Positions 49,566 to 59,991 of a DNA stretch of 64,000 bases are shown here, piece by piece. Each line of letters starts with the position of its first letter. The first letter of the stretch is position 1. The stretch lies in contig OZ223272.1 in NCBI GenBank assembly GCA_965140585.1, positions 288,001 through 352,000 on the forward strand, read 5' to 3'. The notes beneath the pieces were generated by a model. The model was not told the origin of the DNA and did no database searches. It saw only the letters and a list, made by a program, of their open reading frames with translations. The position numbers and the translations under genes were made by a program. The DNA comes from Spirochaetia bacterium (lineage in GTDB: Bacteria > Spirochaetota > Spirochaetia > UBA9216).

Positions 49566-51040
49566 TAGTTGATGATGAAGAACCTGTTTTAGACAGTTTT
49601 GCATTCATACTCAGCAACAATACAACAGACTTTGAACTTTGCGCAAAAGCAAGGTCGGGAACAGAAGCAGTCAGGCTGATATATGAGCTCTCACCCGATC
49701 TTGTTTTCATGGATATACAAATGCCCGGAATAAATGGAATTGATGCGATCGAACAAGTCAGGAAAAGTTTTCCCAAGACCGTATTTATTCTGGCTACTGC
49801 ATATGAGCGTTTTGATATAGCTCAAAAAGCAATCCCTCTGGGTGTTTTCAGCTATATTGTCAAACCGATTTCTCGACAGAGACTCCTTGACGAACTTTCG
49901 AGAGTAAAAATCCATCTTGACAATTTAAGAGAAATGGAGCTAAGGAGTCTCGAAGATACCCAGCTTCTGAAGAAAACAAAGAATGAAGAGACCAAGCGTT
50001 TTTTATGCGGCTTAATGTGGCGAGACCACAATGAAAATGACTGGATCCGGTTTTTAAGTCTATTTTCAATAAACAGTGACCGCGGTTCAATTTATCTGCT
50101 CGAAGCCACAGGCGATATTTCTGAAGACATAAAAAATTCAAACTACGAAATTATCAAAGAAAAAATACAATATAAATTCTTCTGCCTCAGTACAATCGTT
50201 GCAGGCAGAATGCTCATTTTCTTTCCTGAAGAAAAAAGTTTAAACAAACTGGATTTTTATCTTGATGACATTATAAAAAAACTAAGCCCCTATACTTTTA
50301 TCCAGGGCAAGGGCGGGGTTTATCCCCTAACCTCACTGCACAGGTCTTTCTCTGAAGCATTCCAGCCTTTTGCAATAGCTTCTGAAAAAGAAGAGACCTA
50401 TTTCCCTGGCTGGGAAAAAATCAAGTCAGTATGCAACAGCATCATAGACACAAAGAATGAAAATGCTAAAAATATTTTTGAAGAGTTCTGGATTGAGATA
50501 TTTAATAAACTCAGCTTCCAGGTAGCTCTGGGGAAAATGGTTTCATTATTTTCTCTTGTATTAAGCAGAATAGATAAACAGGTTTTAATTTCTTCTAACT
50601 TTAATTTTGATCCGGCTGAAGAAATAATGGTCTTGACCTCTGTAGAAGAATGGCAGCGATGGTCTTCTCAAATTTTTGAAAGCCTTAGAATGCATATACA
50701 GCTGGGAAAAGACCAGTCTTACCCAAAACCGCTTATCGCTGCGATTGTTTATATAAGGGAAAATTTCCAGAAACCTATACAGCTTTCAATGGTAGCAGAG
50801 GCCTGTAATGTCACAAGCAGTTATCTAAGCAGGTTGTTTAAAGAGTATTTAGGCACTAATTTTGTTGATTATATAAATCAGTTTCGACTCAATAAAGCCA
50901 TCACATTGCTTGAAGGAAAAAAATATGCCATTAAGGAAGTTGCGTCTCTGGTTGGATATCAGGATCCAAATTATTTCAGCAGAATATTCAGGCGCCACAT
51001 GGGCATATCACCCTCAGATCTGGAAAAAGAAGGTTTATAA
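49550..51040 (+). CDS. YesN-type response regulator (REC + AraC)
   Basis: IVDDE, MDIQMPG, VGYQDPNYFSRIFR. Confidence 0.92.
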   Translation: MYQIMIVDDEEPVLDSFAFILSNNTTDFELCAKARSGTEAVRLIYELSPDLVFMDIQMPGINGIDAIEQVRKSFPKTVFILATAYERFDIAQKAIPLGVFSYIVKPISRQRLLDELSRVKIHLDNLREMELRSLEDTQLLKKTKNEETKRFLCGLMWRDHNENDWIRFLSLFSINSDRGSIYLLEATGDISEDIKNSNYEIIKEKIQYKFFCLSTIVAGRMLIFFPEEKSLNKLDFYLDDIIKKLSPYTFIQGKGGVYPLTSLHRSFSEAFQPFAIASEKEETYFPGWEKIKSVCNSIIDTKNENAKNIFEEFWIEIFNKLSFQVALGKMVSLFSLVLSRIDKQVLISSNFNFDPAEEIMVLTSVEEWQRWSSQIFESLRMHIQLGKDQSYPKPLIAAIVYIRENFQKPIQLSMVAEACNVTSSYLSRLFKEYLGTNFVDYINQFRLNKAITLLEGKKYAIKEVASLVGYQDPNYFSRIFRRHMGISPSDLEKEGL

Positions 51041-51042
51041 TA

Positions 51043-52068
51043 ATGATAAAAAAAGGGATTATATTTATTGTATTAATTCTAATTGTCTCAGTTTCATGTA
51101 GTAAAAAGGAAGAGGATAAATCAGGCGTTCGCATAGGCTTTTCTGCTGCCTCGGATACATTTCTTCTTGAACGCTGGGATCGTGATATTAAGATATTCAT
51201 GGCCGCAGCAAGAGAGTATGACGCCGAAGTAATTTTCGCAAAATCACCCGGGAATGCAATGGGACAGATACCACAGATACAGTATTTACTTGAACAGGAT
51301 ATAGATGTCCTGGTCGTTATTCCCGAAGATATGGAAATGCTTTCCGGAATAATTAAAAAAATATTAGATAAAGGTATTCCCGTCTTATCATATGACAGAC
51401 CTGTCATGAATGTCCCGATTACCGGGTATGTTTCTTTTGATAATAAAGAAGTCGGAAGACTGCTTGCACGAGCACTGCTGAAGGCCAGCCCGCGCGGCAA
51501 TTATTTAATTATAAACGGTTCTGTCCGCGACAACAACAGCTATGAAGTAAACAAGGGACTCCATCAAATCCTGGATCCTTATTTGAGAAGTGGAGAAATC
51601 AAACTCGTTGAGGAAATATGGCTTGAGGAGTGGAGTTTTGATGAAGCTACAAAAAAGATTGGAGCAGTCCTTGAAAGAACACAGGATATCCAGGCAATCT
51701 CTGGAGCCAACGATATGATAGCGGAAGCTGCAATCCGGCTTCTCTCAGAAAGACGCCTAGCCGGTCAGGTAGCCGTTGTAGGGCAGGATGCTGACCTACT
51801 CTCCTGCCAGAGAATAATGGAAGGCACACAGCTGATTACAGTATACAAACCCATTGCTCTTCTGGCAGAACGGGCAGCTCAACTGGCAGTAAATATGGCC
51901 AGAAATGAAACTCCGGAACCGGATCAGTATATAGACAATAACAGCGGCAGAGATATTCCGTTCTTCGTTGAAACTCCAATTGCTGTAGATAAAGAGAAAA
52001 TGGATGAGACCGTAATAAAGGATGGATTTCATTCAAAAGATGATGTTTACCGCAAAATTACACCCTGA
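51043..52068 (+). CDS. XylF-like sugar ABC binding lipoprotein
   Basis: ERWDRD, SYDR, YVSFDN..VG, AND, GQDAD, TVYKP. Confidence 0.85.
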   Translation: MIKKGIIFIVLILIVSVSCSKKEEDKSGVRIGFSAASDTFLLERWDRDIKIFMAAAREYDAEVIFAKSPGNAMGQIPQIQYLLEQDIDVLVVIPEDMEMLSGIIKKILDKGIPVLSYDRPVMNVPITGYVSFDNKEVGRLLARALLKASPRGNYLIINGSVRDNNSYEVNKGLHQILDPYLRSGEIKLVEEIWLEEWSFDEATKKIGAVLERTQDIQAISGANDMIAEAAIRLLSERRLAGQVAVVGQDADLLSCQRIMEGTQLITVYKPIALLAERAAQLAVNMARNETPEPDQYIDNNSGRDIPFFVETPIAVDKEKMDETVIKDGFHSKDDVYRKITP

Positions 52069-52284
52069 ATTATAAAATTGTCCTATATTTTTTTAACTAA
52101 TTTTACTCAATGTCAATAATAGCCTATCCATATCAGATAAGTCCTGTATCGGATTCATAATATCCCTATTAAAATTAATACAGTAATCAAAAGCCCATTT
52201 TATTAATCTTGAATTGATTAACTGCCTGATTGTAGTTTTTCAATATATTTATTCGATAAGGCAGAATTAGTTAAGAGGTGTTTT

Positions 52285-53805
52285 TTGGAGAAAAATTTAA
52301 TATTGCAGATGAAGTCAATCACAAAGACATTTCCGGGTGTTAAAGCACTTGAAGAAGTGGATATATCTGTAGAAAACGGAGAAATCCATTTTATAGTCGG
52401 TGAAAACGGCGCCGGGAAATCAACTTTGATGAAGGTGTTAAGCGGAATCTATCCCTATGGAGATTATGACGGAGATATTATCTTTGATGGAAAAATAAAA
52501 CATTTTCACGGAATAAAAGATTCCGTAAATGTCGGAATTGTAATTATAAATCAGGAACTGGAACTTTTTCCCAATCTAACCGTATATGAAAACGTTTTTG
52601 TCGGTCATGAACTAAATAATAAATTCTCTTTAATGGACTGGGACAGAACAAAAAAAGAAGCGAAGAAATACCTGGATATGGTAGGTATTAATGTTGATTT
52701 ATACAGTCTGGTCGGTTCATTGGGAGTTGGAAAGCAGCAGTTGATCGAAATTGCAAAGGCATTAAGCCAGAATGTAAAGTTGCTTATTTTAGATGAACCT
52801 ACTGCGGCTTTAAACGAAGACGACAGCGCTAATCTGTTACAGCTGCTGGTAAACCTCAAAAAAGAAGGCATCACTTCAATTATGATTTCTCATAAATTGA
52901 AAGAAGTAGAAGCGGTTGCCGACTCTATTACGGTTTTACGTGACGGCAAAACCGTTGCCAGAATGACAAAAGCTGAGATAAATGAACGTGAAATAATTAA
53001 AAACATGGTGGGCCGTGAGATCGATGACATATTTCCTAAAAGACCTGAATACAAAGGCGGGAATGTTGTTCTCGAAACTGTTCATTTTAATGCTTTTGAT
53101 ACCAACATTAACCGGTACCTTGTTAATGATTCGAACATAAAAATCCGTCAGGGTGAAGTGGTTGGATTTGCCGGCTTAATGGGCGCGGGAAGAACAGAAC
53201 TTGCACACAGCATTTTTGGAAATCCAAAAAAATATAAAATTACAGGTTCGACGATTGTCTTTGGAAAAGCAGTAAAACTATCTTCACCAAAAAAAGCCAT
53301 TGCGCACGGTATCGCTTATGTTTCTGAAGACAGAAAAAATGACGGATTGATACTCAGCGAAACTATAGGACAGAATATTACCATTTCTTCGTTAAAAAAA
53401 ATATCCAAAATGGGAGTAATAGATTTCTTCAAACAAAATAAGTACGCAGAGAAGTATGTAAAAGATATCGGCATTAAGACCCCGTCAATTCTGCAGCAGG
53501 TCCAAAACCTCAGCGGAGGAAACCAGCAGAAGGTCCAGGTAAGTAAGTGGTTATTTATTGAACCCAAAATCCTGATTCTTGACGAACCGACACGCGGAAT
53601 CGATGTCGGAGCAAAATATGAAATATACACAATTATTAATGATTTAGTGGCACAGGGTATGAGCATAATGATAATTTCCTCGGAGCTGCCGGAGATTCTG
53701 GGGATGTGTGACAGAGTTTATGTCATCTCAGAAGGTGTGCAAACTGCTGAATTTGATATTAAAGATGCAACTGCGGAAAAAATAATGGCAAGCGCAACAA
53801 TTTAG
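52285..53805 (+). CDS. Monosaccharide ABC ATPase (XylG/GguA/MmsA type)
   Basis: GENGAGKSTLMK, LSGGNQQKV, DEPTRGIDVGAK. Confidence 0.92.
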   Translation: MEKNLILQMKSITKTFPGVKALEEVDISVENGEIHFIVGENGAGKSTLMKVLSGIYPYGDYDGDIIFDGKIKHFHGIKDSVNVGIVIINQELELFPNLTVYENVFVGHELNNKFSLMDWDRTKKEAKKYLDMVGINVDLYSLVGSLGVGKQQLIEIAKALSQNVKLLILDEPTAALNEDDSANLLQLLVNLKKEGITSIMISHKLKEVEAVADSITVLRDGKTVARMTKAEINEREIIKNMVGREIDDIFPKRPEYKGGNVVLETVHFNAFDTNINRYLVNDSNIKIRQGEVVGFAGLMGAGRTELAHSIFGNPKKYKITGSTIVFGKAVKLSSPKKAIAHGIAYVSEDRKNDGLILSETIGQNITISSLKKISKMGVIDFFKQNKYAEKYVKDIGIKTPSILQQVQNLSGGNQQKVQVSKWLFIEPKILILDEPTRGIDVGAKYEIYTIINDLVAQGMSIMIISSELPEILGMCDRVYVISEGVQTAEFDIKDATAEKIMASATI

Positions 53806-53811
53806 GAGAGG

Positions 53812-55248
53812 TTGATGATAGAAAATAAAAATATTTTAGAAAAAGCGGCCTGGCATATTTACAAATATTTCCTCACGCTTATTTCAATGCTGAGAACCAA
53901 TATCAGAGATTATGGAATGTTCATAGCATTGGTGGTTATATTCATTGTGTTCGGTTTCATGACAAACGGAATATTCCTTGGACCATTTAACTTTACAAAC
54001 CTTTTAAATCAGACCGCTTATGTAGCGGTTCTGGCTGTTGGAATGACGCTTGTTATTGTCACAAGACAGATTGATTTATCAGTTGGTTATATAGGTGCTT
54101 TTCTTGGGGCCTATGTTGTAGTCGCTGTTGAAACCGGAGGCCAGTCGGTAATAGTTGCCCTACTTGGCGCATTGGCAATAACCGTATTCGTTGGTGCTAT
54201 AAAAGGATACTTCATCGCCAAAATCAAAGTACCTTCTTTTGTGGTAACACTTGCCGGTATGTTTATTTTCAAAGGTTTCCTGATGATACAAACCGGCAAC
54301 AGAACAATCTCAACTACAAATGATTTTTTTATCAAAGTAGGTACAGGCTACTTACCTACAGTCGAAGTAGGAGGATATGATATTGTTTCCATTATTGTCG
54401 GAAGCATAATCCTGATCTTTGCTTTGCTATCAGGAATATTGAGGCGAAACAAAAACAGAAAACTGAATATCCCAAGTGAAAAAATAGAATTATTCATCAC
54501 AAAGCTGCTTCTGCTGACCGCAGTTATCGGTTATTTAACCTATGTTTTCAGTGCCAACAAAGGCATTTCATACCTGCTGCTGATTACAGTTGCCGTTGTA
54601 GCTATCTACTTTTTCATGACAACACAAACGACACTTGGCAGAAGAATTTATGCCGTAGGCGGAAGCCCTGAAGCTGCAGAGCTGTCAGGTATAAATGTAG
54701 AAGGCATATTAATAATAGTATTTATTTCGATGGGAATATTGGCAATGATCTCCGGCGTAATGTATGTATCCAGGCTTGAAAACGCTTCACCCAAACACGG
54801 TCCGTTCTGGGAGTTATATGCAATAGCAGCGGCATTTATCGGAGGCTCAAGTGCCAGCGGCGGCGTTGGCAAAGTCGTTAACGGCGTAATAGGCGCAATA
54901 GTAATGATGTCGCTGAAAAACGGAATGGCGCTTGCAGGTATAGATGCAAACATAGAACCGATTATATTAGGCGGAGTATTACTTCTTGCTGTTGTATTTG
55001 ATATTTATACAAGAAATGTCAACCCTGTAGATTTAGTCGGAATACATTACGCAAAAAAAGTATATAAGAAAGAATTTGAAGCAGACAAAATGAACTTTGC
55101 AGAAGCCAAAGCTGAGCTCAAAGCAGCGAAAAAAGAAAACCGCACAGACCTTATAGATTTTGAATATAAGTATACAAACGCATTAGGAGCATACAACAAG
55201 ATTAAAGATAAAATCAGAGGCAGCATTGAAACTGATTTTATCAAATAA
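53812..55248 (+). CDS. Monosaccharide ABC permease (XylH/GguB type) with terminal extensions
   Basis: IDLSVG, VPSFVVTLAGM, GRRIYAVGG..EAAELSG, ELYAIAAAFIGG. Confidence 0.9.
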   Translation: MMIENKNILEKAAWHIYKYFLTLISMLRTNIRDYGMFIALVVIFIVFGFMTNGIFLGPFNFTNLLNQTAYVAVLAVGMTLVIVTRQIDLSVGYIGAFLGAYVVVAVETGGQSVIVALLGALAITVFVGAIKGYFIAKIKVPSFVVTLAGMFIFKGFLMIQTGNRTISTTNDFFIKVGTGYLPTVEVGGYDIVSIIVGSIILIFALLSGILRRNKNRKLNIPSEKIELFITKLLLLTAVIGYLTYVFSANKGISYLLLITVAVVAIYFFMTTQTTLGRRIYAVGGSPEAAELSGINVEGILIIVFISMGILAMISGVMYVSRLENASPKHGPFWELYAIAAAFIGGSSASGGVGKVVNGVIGAIVMMSLKNGMALAGIDANIEPIILGGVLLLAVVFDIYTRNVNPVDLVGIHYAKKVYKKEFEADKMNFAEAKAELKAAKKENRTDLIDFEYKYTNALGAYNKIKDKIRGSIETDFIK

Positions 55249-55264
55249 CATTTTTTAATTTGAA

Positions 55265-55340
55265 ATTAAAGTTCAATATGAAATATTGAACTTTAATGAT
55301 ATCAAAAAATAATTTGCAGAAAATATTGTATCTGTAAATT
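55265..55340 (+). other. Two intergenic inverted repeats before the binding-protein gene
   Basis: Perfect 15-bp IR at 55265-55297 and AATTTGCAGA/TCTGTAAATT at 55311-55340. Confidence 0.6.
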
Positions 55341-55363
55341 GTAATGTTTCATAGGAGGTTTAC

Positions 55364-56551
55364 ATGAAACGTTTTCTATTCACTGTGCTTATCCTGGCTT
55401 TAGTATCAGGGTTTGCTTTTGCAGGCGGTGCGCAGGAATCTGCCGGAATTAAAATTGGAGTTGTTTTACCTGACGCTTCAGAAGAAAGATGGGCTAACCA
55501 GGATGGTAAGTTCTTCCTTGAAGACCTGGAAGCATTAGGACCCGATTATCCGTTTGAGATTTTATTCTCAGAAGGTGATGAAGCCAAAGAAAAACAGAAC
55601 GTTGAAGCTTTAATAGCCAAAGGTGCTAAGGTAATTATTATTACATCACAGGGCTCCGGTGCTTCTGCGGTTGCAGCCGCACATGCTGAAGATGTTGTAG
55701 TAATTGCACATGACAGAATGGCAAAAGGCTCTTCAGACGTAGCAGATTACTATACAACATTCAACAGCTGGAATGTTGGTAGAGCAATGGGAAAACACCT
55801 TGTAGACGCTGCTAAAGCAGAAGGCTGCTCTTCATCCAACAAGGGTGATCTGGCAATCTTTGCCGGACGTGTTGCTGACTGGCCAAATGCAACATACTTC
55901 TTCGGCGGTGCTTTTGAAGAATTACAGCCCAACCTTGATATGTTCAACATAGTAAACCAGGACCCCGCTGCATTCAAGAAGCTGGCGCTGTACACAGAAG
56001 CTACATTTAACGATGCTGCAAAAGATGCTCTTCAGGCAGCAATGCAGCCAATCGATACCGACTGGAATCCTGAAACTGCAGGAATTAAAGCAGCCGGTGT
56101 TGTTGCACAGATCAAACCTACTTCAGACAAGGTGTTTGTACTGGCTCCGAATGACGACACTTCTGCTGCAATCCGACAGGAATTTGCCAAAATGTCAACT
56201 CCCTATGCCAAGTACTACACTACAGGTCAGGATGCTTCAAACGTTACTTTAGCAAGTCTGATGGGAGACACAGTAACAGGAAAGGGAACTCAGACAATGA
56301 CAGTATTCAAGGATGTATCAAAATTAGTAAAAGATTCTGTTACTATCGCCAAAAATGTCGTTGACGGTGTTGACGGATTAAAGGGTGTAACCAGCGGACC
56401 TTCAATTGACGGGGCAAAAACTGCTTATTCACCAATTGATACTCTATTGGCAACAAATCCACAGTTAACCTATGATACAATCTTTGCTACAGGCTACAAA
56501 GATGAAAATCATCCGGATTTCGCAGACATCGATTTCAGTCCTTACAAATAA
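55364..56551 (+). CDS. ChvE/XylF-like sugar-binding protein
   Basis: AGGAQE signal, EERW..DG, AHDR, APND, TGQDA, TVFKD. Confidence 0.85.
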   Translation: MKRFLFTVLILALVSGFAFAGGAQESAGIKIGVVLPDASEERWANQDGKFFLEDLEALGPDYPFEILFSEGDEAKEKQNVEALIAKGAKVIIITSQGSGASAVAAAHAEDVVVIAHDRMAKGSSDVADYYTTFNSWNVGRAMGKHLVDAAKAEGCSSSNKGDLAIFAGRVADWPNATYFFGGAFEELQPNLDMFNIVNQDPAAFKKLALYTEATFNDAAKDALQAAMQPIDTDWNPETAGIKAAGVVAQIKPTSDKVFVLAPNDDTSAAIRQEFAKMSTPYAKYYTTGQDASNVTLASLMGDTVTGKGTQTMTVFKDVSKLVKDSVTIAKNVVDGVDGLKGVTSGPSIDGAKTAYSPIDTLLATNPQLTYDTIFATGYKDENHPDFADIDFSPYK

Positions 56552-56571
56552 TTGATTTTAGAATTATGTTC

Positions 56572-56610
56572 AACGGGTGTGTCTTATTGGAAGACACACC
56601 CGTTTTTATT
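56572..56610 (+). terminator. Rho-independent terminator
   Basis: AACGGGTGTGTCTT/AAGACACACCCGTT stem followed by a T run. Confidence 0.85.
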
Positions 56611-56705
56611 TAAATTAAGCACTCTTAATAAAACAATTATCAGAAAACCGGTCAGCCATTAACCTGAAACATTTTTCTTCTGCAATTTCAGACCGACCAT
56701 ACTTT

Positions 56706-58082
56706 TTATAGAAGCTCAAAGAGCTCACAAACATTATCCAATTCATCAAAATGATTTATCATATCATAGATGGAATCGACCTGTTTATCAGTATAGGGTT
56801 TTCTTGCGAAAGACATGCAGCTTCTAAACTTATCAAGCATATGCTGTTCACTCATCGGATTCTCTCTACAGCCGAGAGGATGATTAACAGTTTTGTTAAA
56901 CTGCCCCTTCTTTGTTCTTATAGTTATATCAGTTAGCTTATTCTCTTCTTTGGTAAGCTCAGTATCAATTTTATAACGAACTTTACTGCCCAGCTCATAG
57001 ATTTCGCGGTCATCAAGTCTTTCCTGAGAAAAACTATGTAGGTCGACTTTTCCGTATTTAAGCAGTGTACCAAGAACAAACGGTATACTAAATTTGGCCA
57101 TTGCCGCAGTCTTCGGGTTATATTTGATTTCTCTGGCCTCAAGGACCATTCGTCCTACTTCATGTAAAGTAAGATGAATTTCTTCAATATCTTCAGTTTT
57201 TATATCATTTTCTTCTGTTATAAACTGTACACCTTCTATTGATGTATGAGTAGCTCTGCAGCAGGGCCATGGTTTAAAACTGATATACTCACTCTGAAAA
57301 ACCTTTCCAAGACCTTCAAGAACTTTATCCGGTGTATACGCATCACGTACATAGGCGTGAAATTACCCGTTGTCTCCACCGAAGGCATCATTAAATTTTG
57401 TTGAAATTCTCTTTGCGGCCGTCAGCACAGAAAGTACTGAAGCTTGTGCAGCAAATCCGTCACGGATCGATCTTATTACCGACTCTGAGCTGAACGCAGC
57501 CTCTCCGCTCGATGTCACCTGACTCATGTTCATAGCAATTGAATCAAGAGTCTGCTCTTCGCTTAAACCGAGAAAATTGCACGCTCCAATGACAGCACTC
57601 ATTCCGCCGTGTATTGGCGGCATATTCCACCCATATTTCAGGACATCCTCACTAATGCCAAAATCAAGCCGGCAGCATATGTCACTGGCTGCAACAAGAG
57701 CAGTTAAAAAATCCTTTCCGCTTTTTGTCCCCTCATATTCAGCAAGTGCCACCATTACAGGCATTGAAACCTCATTGGGATGAACCAATGCAAGCTCATG
57801 TGAATCTTCGAAATCAAGGAAGTGCGATAAAGCACCGTTTGCAAGGGCTGCCGTCATTGGAGTTGTTTTGCGCATGCTTGAAAACATGGTGCAGTTACCG
57901 GGGCCTCCAAGCTCAAACGCGGTATCATAGACGGCATGAATGCCCCTGTCAGCTCCGGTGGCTGCAATCATACAGGCAATTGAATCGGCTATTGATTTCT
58001 TTTGTACCTCTATTACTGATTTAGATAGATCCTTATAACGTAAATTCGCCGCGTGCTTTACAAGTCTAATAGTAATGTTCAT
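56706..58082 (-). pseudogene. Second MmgE/PrpD-family gene with one in-frame TAA
   Basis: ...FGGDNG*FHAYVRD...FKPWPCCRATH continues in frame into the 56706-57149 ORF. The stop is at 57363-57365. Confidence 0.88.
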
Positions 58083-58197
58083 AAAAAGCCTTTGTTATGG
58101 AGTCTGCTCAAACATTCTTCTTAGAAGAATAGCAAAACCATGAGTTAAATAGCTGCACATATCAGAGCAGTACAGGACACCGTCATTTTCAGAATAT

Positions 58198-58475
58198 TTA
58201 AATCCCATCACCGTTTAAAGAGTTGGCTCCTTTTTCAGAATCAAAATAATATTTTGGAAAATCTGTATCAGGAAGAGGCCAGCTCTTTTCAAATCGCCAT
58301 GAATCATCACCCATAATATGATGTCCTTTTTTATATACACAGCCGGTATCTTCTGTCCCTGATATAACCATCATGGGCACCTCTTTAAATTTTTCATATG
58401 GTAAATATTCAAGCATCGGCAGAGCCCCTGCCGGGAGTGCCTGTTCTAAACATTTTAGGTTTTTCAGGTGGATTA
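58198..58475 (-). pseudogene. Remnant of an alpha/beta-hydrolase or CocE-NonD-like gene
   Basis: VPMMVISGTED and WRFEKSWPLPDTDFPKYY...ANSLNGDG fragments. No start or full-length frame. Confidence 0.4.
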
Positions 58476-58535
58476 AGTGTTTATTTTGTTCGATACTACC
58501 TTAGCCGAATATAAGCAAATTGATTCTATATTAAG

Positions 58536-59483
58536 GTGAAAATAATTAAAAGCAATAAAGTAATCGAGGGCATAGTACCCGTAATGATTACCCCTTTTAC
58601 CAAGGACAACCGGATAGATTATAAAAGCCTTGAGAGAATCGTAGAATGGTATATAAAAATGGGAGCAGATGCTCTGTTTGCAGTATGTCAATCAAGTGAG
58701 ATGCAGCATCTATCTCTAAGCGAACGAGCAGAACTGGCCCGAACCGTAGTAAAGTACGTTGATGGGCGAATTCCTGTTGTAGCGAGCGGCCATATCAGTG
58801 ATGACCCATATGATCAAATCGAGGAATTAACAGCTGCAGTTGATTCCGGAGCCGATGGAATAGTACTGGTATCAAATCACCTGGATCCTCACCAACGCGG
58901 AACAGAAACCTTCATAGGGAACCTGAACTGGTTAATCGACAAGCTGCCCCGGGATATTCCTTTAGGAATGTATGAATGTCCGGCTCCGTTCCGCAGGCTG
59001 CTCACCGATGATGAGTTGAAATATATGGCAGATACCGGACGCTTCAACATGATTAAGGATGTATCTTGTGATCTTGAAACAATCAAGAGGCGTGTCCGGA
59101 TAACAAAAGAATCAGGAATTTCCATCTTAAATGCTAATGCCGCTATTGCATGGGATGCCATGAAAGCAGGTTCAAAGGGGTTCAACGGAGTACTTGCTAA
59201 CTTTCACGCGGACCTCTATAAGTGGTTATATACCAACGGGGAGAAATATCCTGAAGAAGCTGAAGAGCTGGCTACATTTCTCATACTCGCTGCATGTACT
59301 GAGTCCTACGGATATCCGGTTCTTGCTAAAATGTATCATAAGCAAATTGGAAATTTTGACACTGTTAAATCGAGGGCTATAACCTATGATGTATATGAAA
59401 GAGTATGGGCAATTGAACCGATTCTTAATAAACTTTCACAGGGAACTGAGTTTCACAGAGAAAAGATTAAGAATCTGAAGTAG
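58536..59483 (+). CDS. DHDPS/NanA-family aldolase, paralogue of 31399-32325
   Basis: GIVPVMITPF, AVCQSSEM, MYECPAPFRRL, IKDVSC. Confidence 0.85.
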   Translation: MKIIKSNKVIEGIVPVMITPFTKDNRIDYKSLERIVEWYIKMGADALFAVCQSSEMQHLSLSERAELARTVVKYVDGRIPVVASGHISDDPYDQIEELTAAVDSGADGIVLVSNHLDPHQRGTETFIGNLNWLIDKLPRDIPLGMYECPAPFRRLLTDDELKYMADTGRFNMIKDVSCDLETIKRRVRITKESGISILNANAAIAWDAMKAGSKGFNGVLANFHADLYKWLYTNGEKYPEEAEELATFLILAACTESYGYPVLAKMYHKQIGNFDTVKSRAITYDVYERVWAIEPILNKLSQGTEFHREKIKNLK

Positions 59484-59659
59484 AAATCAAGATTCGGCAA
59501 ATAATATTGAGCAACTTCAAATTTATTAACAAATGAGCCGCCTGTAGACAAACACATTTCAATTAATCTCTATAGAAGCTTAGCTTTATTGTTAGTTTAC
59601 GATTGGGTATAAGAAAAAGAAACTAATCATCATTGATTAATCTCTTATCATTTACTGGT

Positions 59660-59861
59660 TGCAGCAGAGAACCGAAGGTTCTCCGAGGACTTGCCTTTCA
59701 AACCTCGACATCCTGACTCGGTTTTCCAGGCCGCCTCTGGAAGCTGCCGCAGCCATCCGGGCTGCTATTCCTCGCCGGCTCGGCGCTTCCTCCGGTTCAA
59801 GTCCTCTCTTTCTGAGTACAGATAAAAAAAGACTATCCTGTTCGGATAGCCTTTTCTTATC
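59660..59861. repeat. tRNA-linked structured repeat element
   Basis: Interrupted direct copy of the tRNA 3' end at 59660-59706. 16-bp inverted copy GGTTCAAGTCCTCTCT at 59794-59809. Internal hairpins. Confidence 0.65.
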
Positions 59862-59945
59862 TGCAGCAGAGAGGACTTGAACCTCCACGAGCGAACGCCC
59901 ACTAGCCCCTCAAGCTAGCGTGTCTACCAATTCCACCACTGCTGC
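59862..59945 (-). tRNA. tRNA-Leu (anticodon GAG), CCA not encoded
   Basis: GCAGCAG acceptor stem, TGGTGGAATTGGTAGACAC D arm, CTAGC-TTGAGGG-GCTAG anticodon arm, long variable arm, GGTTCAAGTCC. Confidence 0.97.
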
Positions 59946-59991
59946 TTAATGCTCGGATAATTTAGTTTATTTTATCGATTTAGTCAACCAG

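Noticed and set aside
52079-52170. CCT(A/G)T repeats as response-regulator boxes
   Set aside because: Too short and irregularly spaced (41/20/22 bp) in AT-rich DNA.
59652-59888. 73-78 aa ORFs on both strands
   Set aside because: They overlap the tRNA and its repeat element; chance frames in GC-rich sequence.
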